The position numbers were made by a program, and so were the translations under genes. The notes below the pieces were generated by a model. That model searched no databases and had not been told where the DNA came from. It worked only from the letters and a program-made list of their open reading frames with translations. This document shows, piece by piece, positions 9,701 to 18,572 of a stretch of 64,000 bases of DNA; the stretch's first letter is position 1; each line of letters starts with the position of its first letter. Origin of the DNA: Nostoc sp. (GTDB taxonomy: Bacteria > Cyanobacteriota > Cyanobacteriia > Cyanobacteriales > Nostocaceae); contig NZ_JBALBW010000007.1 of the NCBI RefSeq assembly GCF_036919895.1, positions 39,435 to 103,434 of the forward strand, in the 5' to 3' direction.

Positions 9701-10454
9701 CACTGACAGCTTGCTCATTTCCCTGTTCATCCTCAAAGACTAAAACTCCCTGAGTCTCGCTGTCAAAATTCCCATGTCCATCAAAATGGACGATATGATA
9801 AAAACCCTTATGCGCTTGCAGTTCTGCTTCAAATGCTTTCAAGCTAGGGGGACGCAATACCTTAAGATTGACTCGCTGTCGTATCGGTTGCAGTGCCGCC
9901 AGCAGGGGACGGGCAATGGTTTTAAACCCAACATCTTGCTCATCGTCAGGACGGGCAATAACTAGTAAAATATTCAGTTGGTCATCGGGCATTTCTGGCA
10001 ATGGTGCTTTTACGCCCTGACTGCTGAGACTGCGATACATCCCCGCCAGTGAAGGTGCAAGAAATTGATAATCGGGGGAATATAGCAACTCCCAAGGCAA
10101 GTTCAGCACTTCGGCGTTATCGGAAATGATGCCCAGTTCACATTTATCAAGCCCTTCCCGTGTGGCTTCTTGAAAAAACTCTCTTCCTTTTTCTGTGCTG
10201 CGAAATACTAGCTCAAATAAATGTTGTCCCCAGTGCTGTAATTTTTGCTCGATTTTTGCAGCGTTATCAGGAAATATACCGTAAGGAAATTTTAAATAAT
10301 CTTCTAAATACCAGCGCAATTCAGCCGCGTTTTCTTCATCGAAGGGTTGCTGGAAGCCAACTTCTGACGCAAAGCGAGGATTTTCATATCCGCGTTGCCA
10401 AGAAAGTTGGATTTTGTCGTTTTGATGCGTAATCCGCAACCAATTCTGCGCCAT
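6762..10454 (-). CDS. CHAT (caspase-like) protease - STAND/NB-ARC-like NTPase - TPR protein
   Basis: CHAT dyad HIVHFDGHG and LNACKSG; Walker A GMGGVGKT; Walker B LLIWDNFE; LITSR and GHPLSL motifs; C-terminal 40-aa TPRs; ATG at 10454 (TTG at 10469 possible). Confidence 0.92.
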   Translation of the reverse strand: MAQNWLRITHQNDKIQLSWQRGYENPRFASEVGFQQPFDEENAAELRWYLEDYLKFPYGIFPDNAAKIEQKLQHWGQHLFELVFRSTEKGREFFQEATREGLDKCELGIISDNAEVLNLPWELLYSPDYQFLAPSLAGMYRSLSSQGVKAPLPEMPDDQLNILLVIARPDDEQDVGFKTIARPLLAALQPIRQRVNLKVLRPPSLKAFEAELQAHKGFYHIVHFDGHGNFDSETQGVLVFEDEQGNEQAVSAREIAQYLTDCRVPIFVLNACKSGQVGEEAFSSVAGQLVKLGAKGVVAMAYSVYAKGAEHFIGRLYGELVRGECIATAVAAGRKSMSIDKMRPSPKGNLPLQDWLVPVLYQQEPYTPFVPKKIAPSFADLMAQTDNTPESSKAVGLPDESAFGFIGRDYEILRLERAFRQNHVVLVQGMGGVGKTELAAGFARWLDDTQGRTGGMFFTSFEQGAGLSQVINQIGRALGGERFSQMMPDKQEDVVQQYLQTNPCLLIWDNFEPVNGFPTGNEPLLSGEERNKLKRFLKELRGGKSWVLITSRREEPWLDCGYSLINLRGLSEADAQELAAKILQTVGVERKNLPAEYLELLKLLGGHPLSLRVVLPHLKMQTPVQLIEALRRGLDTFRGQEEEGREKSLTVSLDYSFAKLSERTRQHLPFLALFSERVDADWLHGFSKNPDNEFGQAYQAVFGENLQKPDWLQILNEAATTGIVEYLLGESIYKIHPALPWYLRQQLNTITSQEVINELEKKLLIFYAALADNYRKKLISNAELATFVLRVEEPNLLQNLRLAEHQQEWAYAQWILQALGEVYDRIGRKPEFKSLRQRTLKHIGIHLTDAKAKGKDALDFWMYLRGTDANEAAQSADLEGARKVHQEILDELIAVNDSSVNDKIAVAYHQLGIVAEGQRQFDVAVDYYKKALKIFEDAGDFYSAASDYHQLGTVAKEQRQFDVAVDYYKKALKIFEDAGDLYSAANQYHQLGIVAEEQRQFDVAVDYYNKALKIKEDAGYLYSAASDYHQLGSVAEEQRQFDVAVDYYNKALKIYEDAGDLYSAASVYHHLGRVAQEQRLFDVAVDYYKKALKIKEDAGDLYSAATVYHQLGRVAEEQRLFDVAVDYYQKTYKVFEQFRDWRKASATLGKWGRVLEAQENYTEALQIYIRVLAIDLEHNQDLIGYRINALARMLQQLGESQFQLIWREATGEECAREVREAIWAARDKLG
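7071..7731. repeat. Six near-identical 120-bp TPR-coding repeats
   Basis: The block taatcaacagccacatcaaa recurs exactly every 120 bp in six units (starting 7071, 7191, 7311, 7431, 7551, 7671). Confidence 0.95.
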
Positions 10455-10558
10455 AGCTATTGCCAACACTAGTTAGATGCTACCTTATCTTAGTAATTCA
10501 CGCAGAGGTTAGCTGATTACGCAAATGAAATCAGCTAATTCTATTGGGTTAGAGTTTT

Positions 10559-10653
10559 ATAGGACTTACGCACGAGTTACGGAATAACGAACCACAGAGG
10601 CACAGAGGACGCGGAGAAATCAGAGTTTGAGAAATAATTTGCGTAAGTCCTAT
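10559..10653. mobile_element. Short MITE-like element with 14-bp terminal inverted repeats
   Basis: ataggacttacgca ... tgcgtaagtcctat, perfect inverted ends, non-coding interior. Confidence 0.7.
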
Positions 10654-10708
10654 TTTAATTCAGTAGAGATACAGGGATAATGTACTCAAATTCTCAGTGA
10701 ATTATTTT

Positions 10709-11848
10709 ATGCTGCCAGTTGTTGAGACTATTCCTTTACGTCAAATGGCTTCGGGCGATCGCTTATACTTACAAATATACAAATTTATCGGCGCTCAACC
10801 TGGTAAAAAGGTATACATTCAATCAAATCTGCACGGTGCAGAAATCGCTGGTAATGCCGTCATTCACCAGCTAATTGAGTTTTTATTAACAATAAATGAT
10901 ACAGATTTAACTGGAGAAATTTGGCTAGTTCCCGTTTGTAATCCGATGGGGACGAATGAACGCGCTCATCATTTTTCCCCTGGGCGATATTGCGTTTATG
11001 AAGCCAAAGACTGGAATCGCATATTTTGGGATTACGAAAAAGAAGCTGATAATTTAGTCGCTTTTACTAAATCTCAACTTCATATCGGACTAGAGGTTGT
11101 TCGACAAAATTATCTAACTATAATTAAGCAAAAATTTGCGAAAATTTTAGAAAAGATTAATTCTTCTAGTGGTGTTCCTTACACTGAGCTTTTTGCCTAC
11201 AAGCTACAAAATCTGAGCTTAGATGCAGACTACTTAATTGACTTACATAGTTCTACAAATCAAGCTTTAGACTACGTTTATTACTTCCGAAATCGAGAAG
11301 ACAGTGTAAAATACTTTTTGCTCGATTTTGGAATCTTGCTGAATAAATATGATGGTGATGCTTTTGATGAAGCTTTTATCAAACCTTGGTTAGCACTGGA
11401 AGCTTGTTTTCAAGAGTTTGGTAGAGATATCAAGTTTGATGTGGAAGCTTGGACACTGGAATTAGGCTCAGGAATGCAAATGAACCCTGATTCAGTCGCT
11501 AAAGGTGTAAGGGGCGTAAAAAACTATTTAGCGCAAAAAGGTGTACTGCAAATTCCTGATTTATCGGATGACACAAAAACTTATGAGATGACTTTCGCAT
11601 CTAGCAGCAGCCGGAAAAAATATTATGCGATCGCAGGTGGGATGATTCAATCCAGAATAGCATTAGGTAGTAGGTTTAAAGCTGGAGAAAAATTGTATCA
11701 AATTCTCAGTTTTAATAAAGAAGGTAACTTACCTAGTGTCATTGATGTCTGCGCTCAACAAGATGGATTGGTTTATGATGTCGCAACAAATCAAGCTGTA
11801 AATGAAGGCGAGTTTGTATTGGGGATTGTTTTCTGGACTTTAGTCTAA
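10709..11848 (+). CDS. Succinylglutamate desuccinylase/aspartoacylase (M14-like) family protein
   Basis: NLHGAEIAG, DWNRIF, IDLHSS, TLELG motifs; C-terminal biotinyl-like barrel. Confidence 0.88.
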   Translation: MLPVVETIPLRQMASGDRLYLQIYKFIGAQPGKKVYIQSNLHGAEIAGNAVIHQLIEFLLTINDTDLTGEIWLVPVCNPMGTNERAHHFSPGRYCVYEAKDWNRIFWDYEKEADNLVAFTKSQLHIGLEVVRQNYLTIIKQKFAKILEKINSSSGVPYTELFAYKLQNLSLDADYLIDLHSSTNQALDYVYYFRNREDSVKYFLLDFGILLNKYDGDAFDEAFIKPWLALEACFQEFGRDIKFDVEAWTLELGSGMQMNPDSVAKGVRGVKNYLAQKGVLQIPDLSDDTKTYEMTFASSSSRKKYYAIAGGMIQSRIALGSRFKAGEKLYQILSFNKEGNLPSVIDVCAQQDGLVYDVATNQAVNEGEFVLGIVFWTLV

Positions 11849-11855
11849 AGTCCAG
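11833..11855. repeat. Inverted repeat with 11-bp arms at a gene junction
   Basis: ctggactttag-t-ctaaagtccag. Confidence 0.8.
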
Positions 11856-12087
11856 TTGAGAACGACAGCGCTATATTGAGCGATCGCCTCTGTAATTGGT
11901 ACACTTAATACTTGGCGATTTTGCCATGTCACCATGCGATCGTATTTCTCCTCGGCAATTTAACCGCCGCCACACCAAAAGCTGTTGTAACTAATCTATC
12001 TATTGGCGAAGCTGTTCCACCCCGTTGGATGTGTCCCAAAACGGTGACTCGCGTTTCTACACCAATGTGCTGAATAATTTCATGTTG
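11840..12087 (-). pseudogene. pfkA: 6-phosphofructokinase 3' relic, frameshifted and 5'-deleted
   Basis: HIGVETRVTVLGHIQRGGTASPIDRLVTTAFGVAAV, frameshift near 11960, then AEEKYDRMVTWQNRQVLSVPITEAIAQY. Confidence 0.88.
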
Positions 12088-12248
12088 GTTTTGAATCTAA
12101 AAACAAAACAAAGTTATCTCAGGTGTAAAATATAAGTGTAGAGCCAGTAGTAGATTAAACCTCGGCAAAAGCAATACCTAAAAATGCCAGGGTAATTTTA
12201 TGCCTGTTTTGTGTCTAAGAAAAAACCAAGTTATCCCAGCTATAAAAT

Positions 12249-13223
12249 ATGAGGGTGGAGCCAAAGGTGACTAGTATTGAAAATTACAACTTCTCTTTTC
12301 CAGGAGAAGTCACAATCCCACAGGCTCCTCCTGAATTTAAATCAGGTTTTATCGGCATTGTTGGTCGTCCAAATGTCGGTAAATCTACTTTGATGAATCA
12401 GTTAGTAGGACAAAAAATTGCCATTACATCACCCATAGCACAAACCACACGTAACCGTTTGCGGGGCATTTTCACTACACCAGAGGCGCAGTTAATTTTT
12501 GTAGATACGCCAGGAATTCATAAGCCCCATCATCAATTGGGGGAAGTCTTGGTGCAAAATGCCAAAATTGCCATTGAATCGGTAGATGTAATACTGTTTG
12601 TGGTAGATGGAGCCGTGGCTTGTGGATCGGGCGATCGCTACATTGCTGAATTGCTCAGTCGCAGCAAAACCCCAGTGATTTTGGGCGTGAACAAAATCGA
12701 CCAACAACCATCCGATTCTCAGTTTCTAGATGATAGTTACGCGCAGATGGCCCAGTCCCATGAATGGGAAATCGTGAAATTTTCTGCCAAGACAAGTGCA
12801 GGATTACCGCAACTTCAAGAATTATTAATTGAACATTTAGAAATTGGGCCCTTATACTACCCGCCAGATTTGGTAACTGACCAACCAGAACGCTTTATCA
12901 TGGGTGAATTAATCCGAGAACAAATTTTATTATTGACTCGTGAAGAAGTACCCCATTCAGTTGCGATCGCTATTGACGTAGTAGAAGAAGCTCCCACGAT
13001 TACCCGTATACTTGCTACCATCAACGTCGAGCGCGATTCCCAAAAAGGCATACTTATTGGCAAAGGCGGAGCAATGCTCAAAGCCATTGGCAGCGAAGCC
13101 CGCGAACAAATCCAAAAGTTAATCGCTGGTAAAGTTTACTTAGAATTATTTGTCAAAGTTCAGCCAAAATGGAGACAATCGCGGATTAGTCTAGCAGAGT
13201 TAGGCTATCGCGTCGAAGAATAA
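12249..13223 (+). CDS. era: GTPase Era
   Basis: GRPNVGKS, QTTR, DTPG, NKID; KH domain with ILIGKGG. Confidence 0.97.
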   Translation: MRVEPKVTSIENYNFSFPGEVTIPQAPPEFKSGFIGIVGRPNVGKSTLMNQLVGQKIAITSPIAQTTRNRLRGIFTTPEAQLIFVDTPGIHKPHHQLGEVLVQNAKIAIESVDVILFVVDGAVACGSGDRYIAELLSRSKTPVILGVNKIDQQPSDSQFLDDSYAQMAQSHEWEIVKFSAKTSAGLPQLQELLIEHLEIGPLYYPPDLVTDQPERFIMGELIREQILLLTREEVPHSVAIAIDVVEEAPTITRILATINVERDSQKGILIGKGGAMLKAIGSEAREQIQKLIAGKVYLELFVKVQPKWRQSRISLAELGYRVEE

Positions 13224-13317
13224 AATAAATTTGTCATTAGTCATTGGTTATTGGCAGGCAAAAAAACCAAAGATTAATGACAAATAACAAATAACAAATA
13301 ACTCTTAATAAATAAAA

Positions 13318-13995
13318 ATGTCTTTAGATATTCGCTATCCCTTAAATTTACCTGTCAATGCTCCGCCGTTGCGCGTGTTAATTGTCGAAGACGATCCGAT
13401 GATGCAATTGGGATTAGAGCAATCATTAATGGCTCATCCTCAGTTAGAGATAGTTGGACAAGCCGAAGATGGTTATTTGGGAGTCCAAGCAGCGCTGCAA
13501 CTGAAGCCCGACTTAGTAGTTATGGATATAGGGTTGCCACGATTGGATGGGATTGCCGCGACACAGCAAATTAAGGCGGCGTTACCAGCAACTCATGTAG
13601 TAATGCTGACATCTCATCAAACAGAGACAGAAATTATTGCGGCACTATCTAGCGGTGCAGATGCGTATTGTATTAAAGGTGCAAGTGTAGAACGATTGTT
13701 AAGTGCGATCGCAGCCGCAGTTGATGGTGCAGCCTATCTCGATCCTCAAATTGCGCGGCGAGTAATTGATAATCTCAAACCGCCAGCACCCACCAGCAAC
13801 AACGCCAACTTATCTGGGCGCGAATTAGAAGTTTTGAAACTCATGGTAGACGGGTTGAGCAACCCAGAGATTGCCGAAAAACTCTATCTCAGTCCCAACA
13901 CCATCAAAACTCACGTCCGGGGGATTATGAATAAATTAGCAGTAGACGATCGCGTGCAAGCAGCCGTTGTGGCACTGCGTTCTGGGTTGGTTTAG
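13318..13995 (+). CDS. NarL/LuxR-family response regulator
   Basis: REC domain (IVEDD, VVMDIGLP, K) plus LuxR HTH (LSGRELEVL..SNPEIAEKLYLSPNTIKTH). Confidence 0.93.
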   Translation: MSLDIRYPLNLPVNAPPLRVLIVEDDPMMQLGLEQSLMAHPQLEIVGQAEDGYLGVQAALQLKPDLVVMDIGLPRLDGIAATQQIKAALPATHVVMLTSHQTETEIIAALSSGADAYCIKGASVERLLSAIAAAVDGAAYLDPQIARRVIDNLKPPAPTSNNANLSGRELEVLKLMVDGLSNPEIAEKLYLSPNTIKTHVRGIMNKLAVDDRVQAAVVALRSGLV

Positions 13996-14076
13996 AAAAT
14001 AAATGCAGCAAAATACGCGATCGCTCTTTGACGTAGACAATATGACTTGAGTCAATATTTTAATCCCATTTATAAG

Positions 14077-14102
14077 TAAAGGCGTACAAAAGTACGCCTT
14101 TA
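14077..14102. terminator. Probable bidirectional intrinsic terminator
   Basis: taaaggcgtac-aaaa-gtacgccttta between convergent ORFs. Confidence 0.7.
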
Positions 14103-14156
14103 TCAGAGATTTATTTGTTGCCGAGATGTTTGAAAAATAGTCTACCTCAATGCATT

Positions 14157-14324
14157 TTAGTTAAAAGAGTTTGAGAATTGATTAGGGTCTACATTATCAG
14201 GAAATAATAATATTTCCTTGCCTTCTAAATTAGCCTTATGGTAAAGCAAAATAGCCTTTTCCAAAAAACAATATTTAATCGGAACCCATCTGTCGCTATA
14301 AAAGTAGACAGTTACTCGGCTCAT
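14157..14324 (-). CDS. Small hypothetical protein
   Basis: 55-aa ORF MSRVTVYFYSDRWVPIKYC...; start uncertain (longer frame to 14396). Confidence 0.45.
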   Translation of the reverse strand: MSRVTVYFYSDRWVPIKYCFLEKAILLYHKANLEGKEILLFPDNVDPNQFSNSFN

Positions 14325-14724
14325 TGCATACTCTTTCAACGGCAGTGGAAGAGACCAGGACGAATCCACAGTTTGAACGTCAACTGTTGAGTTCATGCTT
14401 TGAACCTCAGTTACTAAGTATATTTACTCTCACTCATCCAAGTGAGTTTGAGTAACTATCACAAGTAATAAGCTGATATAGCTTTAAGTTAGATATTTAG
14501 TTAAAAGTTCAGCAGTCAACGACTTTTTAGTTGGAATTGAGTCTTAGTAGTTAGTAAGGAATTTTTGGGTAAAGTTTGACAGGTTGTCTTTTGACGCAAC
14601 TATTCTTTTAAAATTATCGTTCTTAAATATCTGGTGGAAAATAGCATCAAAAATATTTTTTAATTTTCCTTTAATTGCCTTTCCCCAGTTAATCTGCTCT
14701 ACTCCACTTACTCTAAAAAACTCT

Positions 14725-15165
14725 ATGTACCACTTTACCCTAGAGAAGAATTTAGGATGGCTATTATTAATTTCGGTTTTGATTGCCACACCAGTTAATG
14801 CCCACACCGAAAAGGTATCAGAAGATGTGGGCGGGATGCTGCATATTGAACCCCAGGACAATCCTCAAGCTGGCAAAACCGCTCATGCTTGGATTATTCT
14901 CACCCATAGAGGCGGGCGAATAATTCCCCTGACACAATGTAACTGTCAGTTGGCTGTCTATCCTCAACCTCACGCCAAAACTGATACCCCATTGCTGAAG
15001 CCAAGTTTACATAGCGTATCAACCAAACAATATAAAAGCATTCCTGGAGCCGACATCGTATTTCCCAAAGTAGGAGCTTATGATTTGGAGTTAAGCGGTA
15101 CTCCAAAACCTGGAGCTAATTTCAAGCCCTTTCTGTTGTCTTACCCAGTCACTGTTGGCTCATAA
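14725..15165 (+). CDS. Secreted/periplasmic hypothetical protein
   Basis: Signal peptide ending ATPVNA followed by HTEK; beta-rich mature part; likely ATG at 14725. Confidence 0.75.
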   Translation: MYHFTLEKNLGWLLLISVLIATPVNAHTEKVSEDVGGMLHIEPQDNPQAGKTAHAWIILTHRGGRIIPLTQCNCQLAVYPQPHAKTDTPLLKPSLHSVSTKQYKSIPGADIVFPKVGAYDLELSGTPKPGANFKPFLLSYPVTVGS

Positions 15166-15548
15166 AAGCTGAAGTGTGTCGAATTTTATGCTGTAGTAAG
15201 ATCCGGTAGGGTTCAGAAATCGTAGTGCGATCGCTACCGTTTTAGAGGCGATCGCACTTCTGACTCTATTTGCATATAAATTACCTTAATCCCTCTACTG
15301 CCAAGAATATTTCTACGCTTCGCCCCATACCCCCACCCCTAGACATAATCACCTCAATATATTGGTGAATAAATGGAGACAAGGGAGAAATAAATAAGCA
15401 ATGCCCAATGCCCAAAATTTAAAATCCTGCCAAACGATGTAAAGGTTTCAAACTCAGGGACGATGAAGAATTAGCAATTAAATTGACAAAATCACACTAT
15501 AAAGAGTGATATTAAGCGATAGATAGCGCTTGTAAAGGACTAACGGGC

Positions 15549-16022
15549 ATGATTAAATCTTGGATGGTGATTGGGGGCGTGGCTTTCTTGGTTGCTTTAG
15601 CCGCTAACGTGATTACACCTAGCGATCGCCAATGGTTCAAGCGCTTACAACGACCGAGATGGCTAACTTTTGAGGGGGCAATTCCCATTATCTGGATTGT
15701 AATATTTATTTGCGGTGCTTGGTCGGCTTATATTGTCTGGGAAAAAGATCCAGGAAGCAACTCAACCTGGTTAATCATGGGTTTATACTTGCTGTTAGAA
15801 ATTGTGACCATTGCCTATACGCCTGTAATGTTTCGGCTTCGCAGTCTGAAAGTGGGCACAATTCTCGGTGGCACAGGTTTTATAATTAGTGCTTTATTGA
15901 TACTTGCAGTTTTAGGTTTTTCTGGTTGGGCAGCATTGCTATTAGTTCCTTATTTGCTCTGGAGTCCCATCGGTACTTATACCACTTGGCAGATGGCTAG
16001 TCTCAATCCTCAAGATGTCTAA
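15549..16022 (+). CDS. tspO: TspO/MBR tryptophan-rich sensory protein
   Basis: WFKRLQRPRWLT, five TM helices, LLVPYLLWS. Confidence 0.9.
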   Translation: MIKSWMVIGGVAFLVALAANVITPSDRQWFKRLQRPRWLTFEGAIPIIWIVIFICGAWSAYIVWEKDPGSNSTWLIMGLYLLLEIVTIAYTPVMFRLRSLKVGTILGGTGFIISALLILAVLGFSGWAALLLVPYLLWSPIGTYTTWQMASLNPQDV

Positions 16023-16095
16023 GATTCGCACCAAGGAATGATTCAACTAGATTGAATAATCCAAAATCTAAAATTCTTCTGCCTCTTTAACGCAT

Positions 16096-16803
16096 CTATG
16101 CAATCCGCCCATACCTTGCTGTGACAGGATTAGCTGGATTAGATTGATTATTTAGCCAAGCCCACATTTGATCGCCAACAGAAAAATGCCACCACTCTCT
16201 AGGATTGCGTTGAAAGCCGACTTTTAACATTACATCTCGCAACAACTGACGGTGAGCATGATACTGTTGTGCTTCTGGGCGATCGCTATTGGCATAATAA
16301 TCGGGATGCGATCGCTCTGACATTTCATCAATGGGCGAACCCATATTTACTATTTGCCCACCATCATCTACTAGCGTCACATCCACCGCCGCACCTGTAC
16401 TATGAGGAGGCGGAGTTTTTTCATCAAAACTTGGTACAGCCCAAATTGCATAAACCGCTTCCCAAACCTCTTGACGTTGGTTTGGGGATAACTCCACGTT
16501 AGTTAATCCCCTGTCTTGCACTGCTTGAGCAAAGCTGTAATCTACCATAAACTGCTGGACTGCGATCGGGCGATAAGCATCAAAAATTTGGATATGCCAG
16601 TTAGGATGCAACAAATCAAGATAATTTTGCGCTTGGCTCAAATTTTCAATAACCCTTTGACGGAGATAATAAGGAGAGTGTTCGCCATAAGGCGCACCTA
16701 ATTTTTCATAAGGATGAGGAGATTCCACTGCAAATAATTCTAAAGGAATCTTAATTAGGGGTTCACCAGACTCAAATATCGGGATTTGATGATAAGGTCT
16801 CAT
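16096..16803 (-). CDS. M15 D-alanyl-D-alanine dipeptidase (VanX/DdpX-like)
   Basis: IFDAYRP, PPHSTGAAVD, EWWHFS zinc motifs. Confidence 0.9.
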   Translation of the reverse strand: MRPYHQIPIFESGEPLIKIPLELFAVESPHPYEKLGAPYGEHSPYYLRQRVIENLSQAQNYLDLLHPNWHIQIFDAYRPIAVQQFMVDYSFAQAVQDRGLTNVELSPNQRQEVWEAVYAIWAVPSFDEKTPPPHSTGAAVDVTLVDDGGQIVNMGSPIDEMSERSHPDYYANSDRPEAQQYHAHRQLLRDVMLKVGFQRNPREWWHFSVGDQMWAWLNNQSNPANPVTARYGRIA

Positions 16804-16912
16804 CTAGTCAGCCACATAGAACTTACGGATTTTAACGCAAGCATAGCATTCTGTGTAACGAGTCTCTTCTTCCTCCGTGTCCTTTGCGCCTCTGCGGTTT
16901 ATTTCTCCAAAA

Positions 16913-18379
16913 ATGCTCAATCAAAACCAAACACCCTTATTAGATGCTTTAAAAGCTTGTGCTGACCGCTCTCACGCTCCCTTTTACACTCCAGGGCATA
17001 AACAAGGTGAGGGAATTTCTCAACCCTTGGCTGATTTACTTGGTACAAAAATCTTTCGCGCTGATTTAACAGAATTAGCAGATTTAGATAATCTCTTTTC
17101 ACCCCAAGGAGTTATTCAAGCAGCGCAACAACTGGCGGCTGAGGTATTTGGCGCTTCGCAAACATGGTTCCTTGTCAACGGTTCTACCTGTGGGATTGAA
17201 GCGGCAATTCTCGCTACCTGTGGCACAGGCGATAAAATCATTTTGCCTCGGAATGTCCATTCTTCTGCGATCGCAGGTTTAATTCTCTCTGGTGCAATCC
17301 CAATTTTTCTCAATCCTGAATACGATCCAGTTTTAGATATTGCCCACAGCATCACGCCCAATGCTGTACAATCTGCACTCCAACAACATCCCGATGCGAA
17401 AGCAGTATTGATAGTTTACCCGACATATTACGGCGTTTGCGGAGATTTGAGTGCGATCGCCAATATCACCCATCAATACAATATTCCTTTACTCGTAGAT
17501 GAGGCACACGGCGCACACTTTGCCTTTCATCCCGAATTACCTACTCCAGCTTTAGCCGCAGGTGCTGATTTAACTGTACAATCTATCCACAAAGTACTCG
17601 GTGCAATGACACAGGCATCGATGCTGCATATTCAAGGTGACAGGATAGATTGCGATCGCATCAGTAAAGCTTTGCAACTCGTACAATCTACCAGTCCTAG
17701 TTATTTACTTTTAGCTTCTTTAGATGCAGCGCGTCAGCAAATGGCACTCCACGGAAAAATGCTGATGTCTCGCACATTGCAACTTGCCAATGAAGCGAGA
17801 ACAAAAATCAGTCAAATTCCTGGATTATCTTTACTATTTGTAGGGTTGGGGGAATCTCCCGGCTTTGTGACTTTAGACGAAACGCGATTAACAGTAACCG
17901 TTTCTGGTTTAGGCTTAACCGGATTTGAGGCAGAGGAAATTCTAGATGAAAAATTTGCTGTCACTGCTGAATTCGCCTCACTGCAACACCTCACCTTTAT
18001 CATTAGTTTGGGCAACACCCCAGCCGATATTGAGCAATTAGTACAAAGTTTTACCACTCTTGCTAAAGAATATCGACGAACCAATTTGAATGTTACAAGT
18101 TCTAATTTGCAAAATATTTTAACTACACAGGGTTATACTTTACATTTTTCTCCCCGTGAAGCCTTTTTTGCTGTCAGTGAAACATTGCCTTTAGCACAAA
18201 CAAGCGATCGCATCTGTGCTGAAATCGTCTGTCCTTATCCCCCAGGAATTCCTGTATTAATGCCAGGAGAAGTCATCACCAACCCCGTACTTAATTACCT
18301 AGAACAAATCCAAGGAATGGGGGGATTTATCAGTGGTTGCAATGATACTAGTTTCAAAACTTTGAAAGTTGTAAAATAA
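16913..18379 (+). CDS. Orn/Lys/Arg decarboxylase family PLP-dependent enzyme
   Basis: TPGHK, VNGST, LPRNVHSS, DEAHGAH, QSIHK (PLP lysine), STSPSY, PYPPGIP. Confidence 0.92.
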   Translation: MLNQNQTPLLDALKACADRSHAPFYTPGHKQGEGISQPLADLLGTKIFRADLTELADLDNLFSPQGVIQAAQQLAAEVFGASQTWFLVNGSTCGIEAAILATCGTGDKIILPRNVHSSAIAGLILSGAIPIFLNPEYDPVLDIAHSITPNAVQSALQQHPDAKAVLIVYPTYYGVCGDLSAIANITHQYNIPLLVDEAHGAHFAFHPELPTPALAAGADLTVQSIHKVLGAMTQASMLHIQGDRIDCDRISKALQLVQSTSPSYLLLASLDAARQQMALHGKMLMSRTLQLANEARTKISQIPGLSLLFVGLGESPGFVTLDETRLTVTVSGLGLTGFEAEEILDEKFAVTAEFASLQHLTFIISLGNTPADIEQLVQSFTTLAKEYRRTNLNVTSSNLQNILTTQGYTLHFSPREAFFAVSETLPLAQTSDRICAEIVCPYPPGIPVLMPGEVITNPVLNYLEQIQGMGGFISGCNDTSFKTLKVVK

Positions 18380-18572
18380 CGTTCTAACGCCTGAATTATT
18401 GTTGATAAAAATTTAATCCATGCGTCAACAGTAAATATGCGGACAAAGACAAACTTAAGCAGAAATACACAGTAATTATACAGCTATGAAACTTCTATGA
18501 AAATAGCTAGCAGACTAATGTCATCTTTAATTTATACCCATAGGATCGTATTGATGACTAATAAATCAAAAG

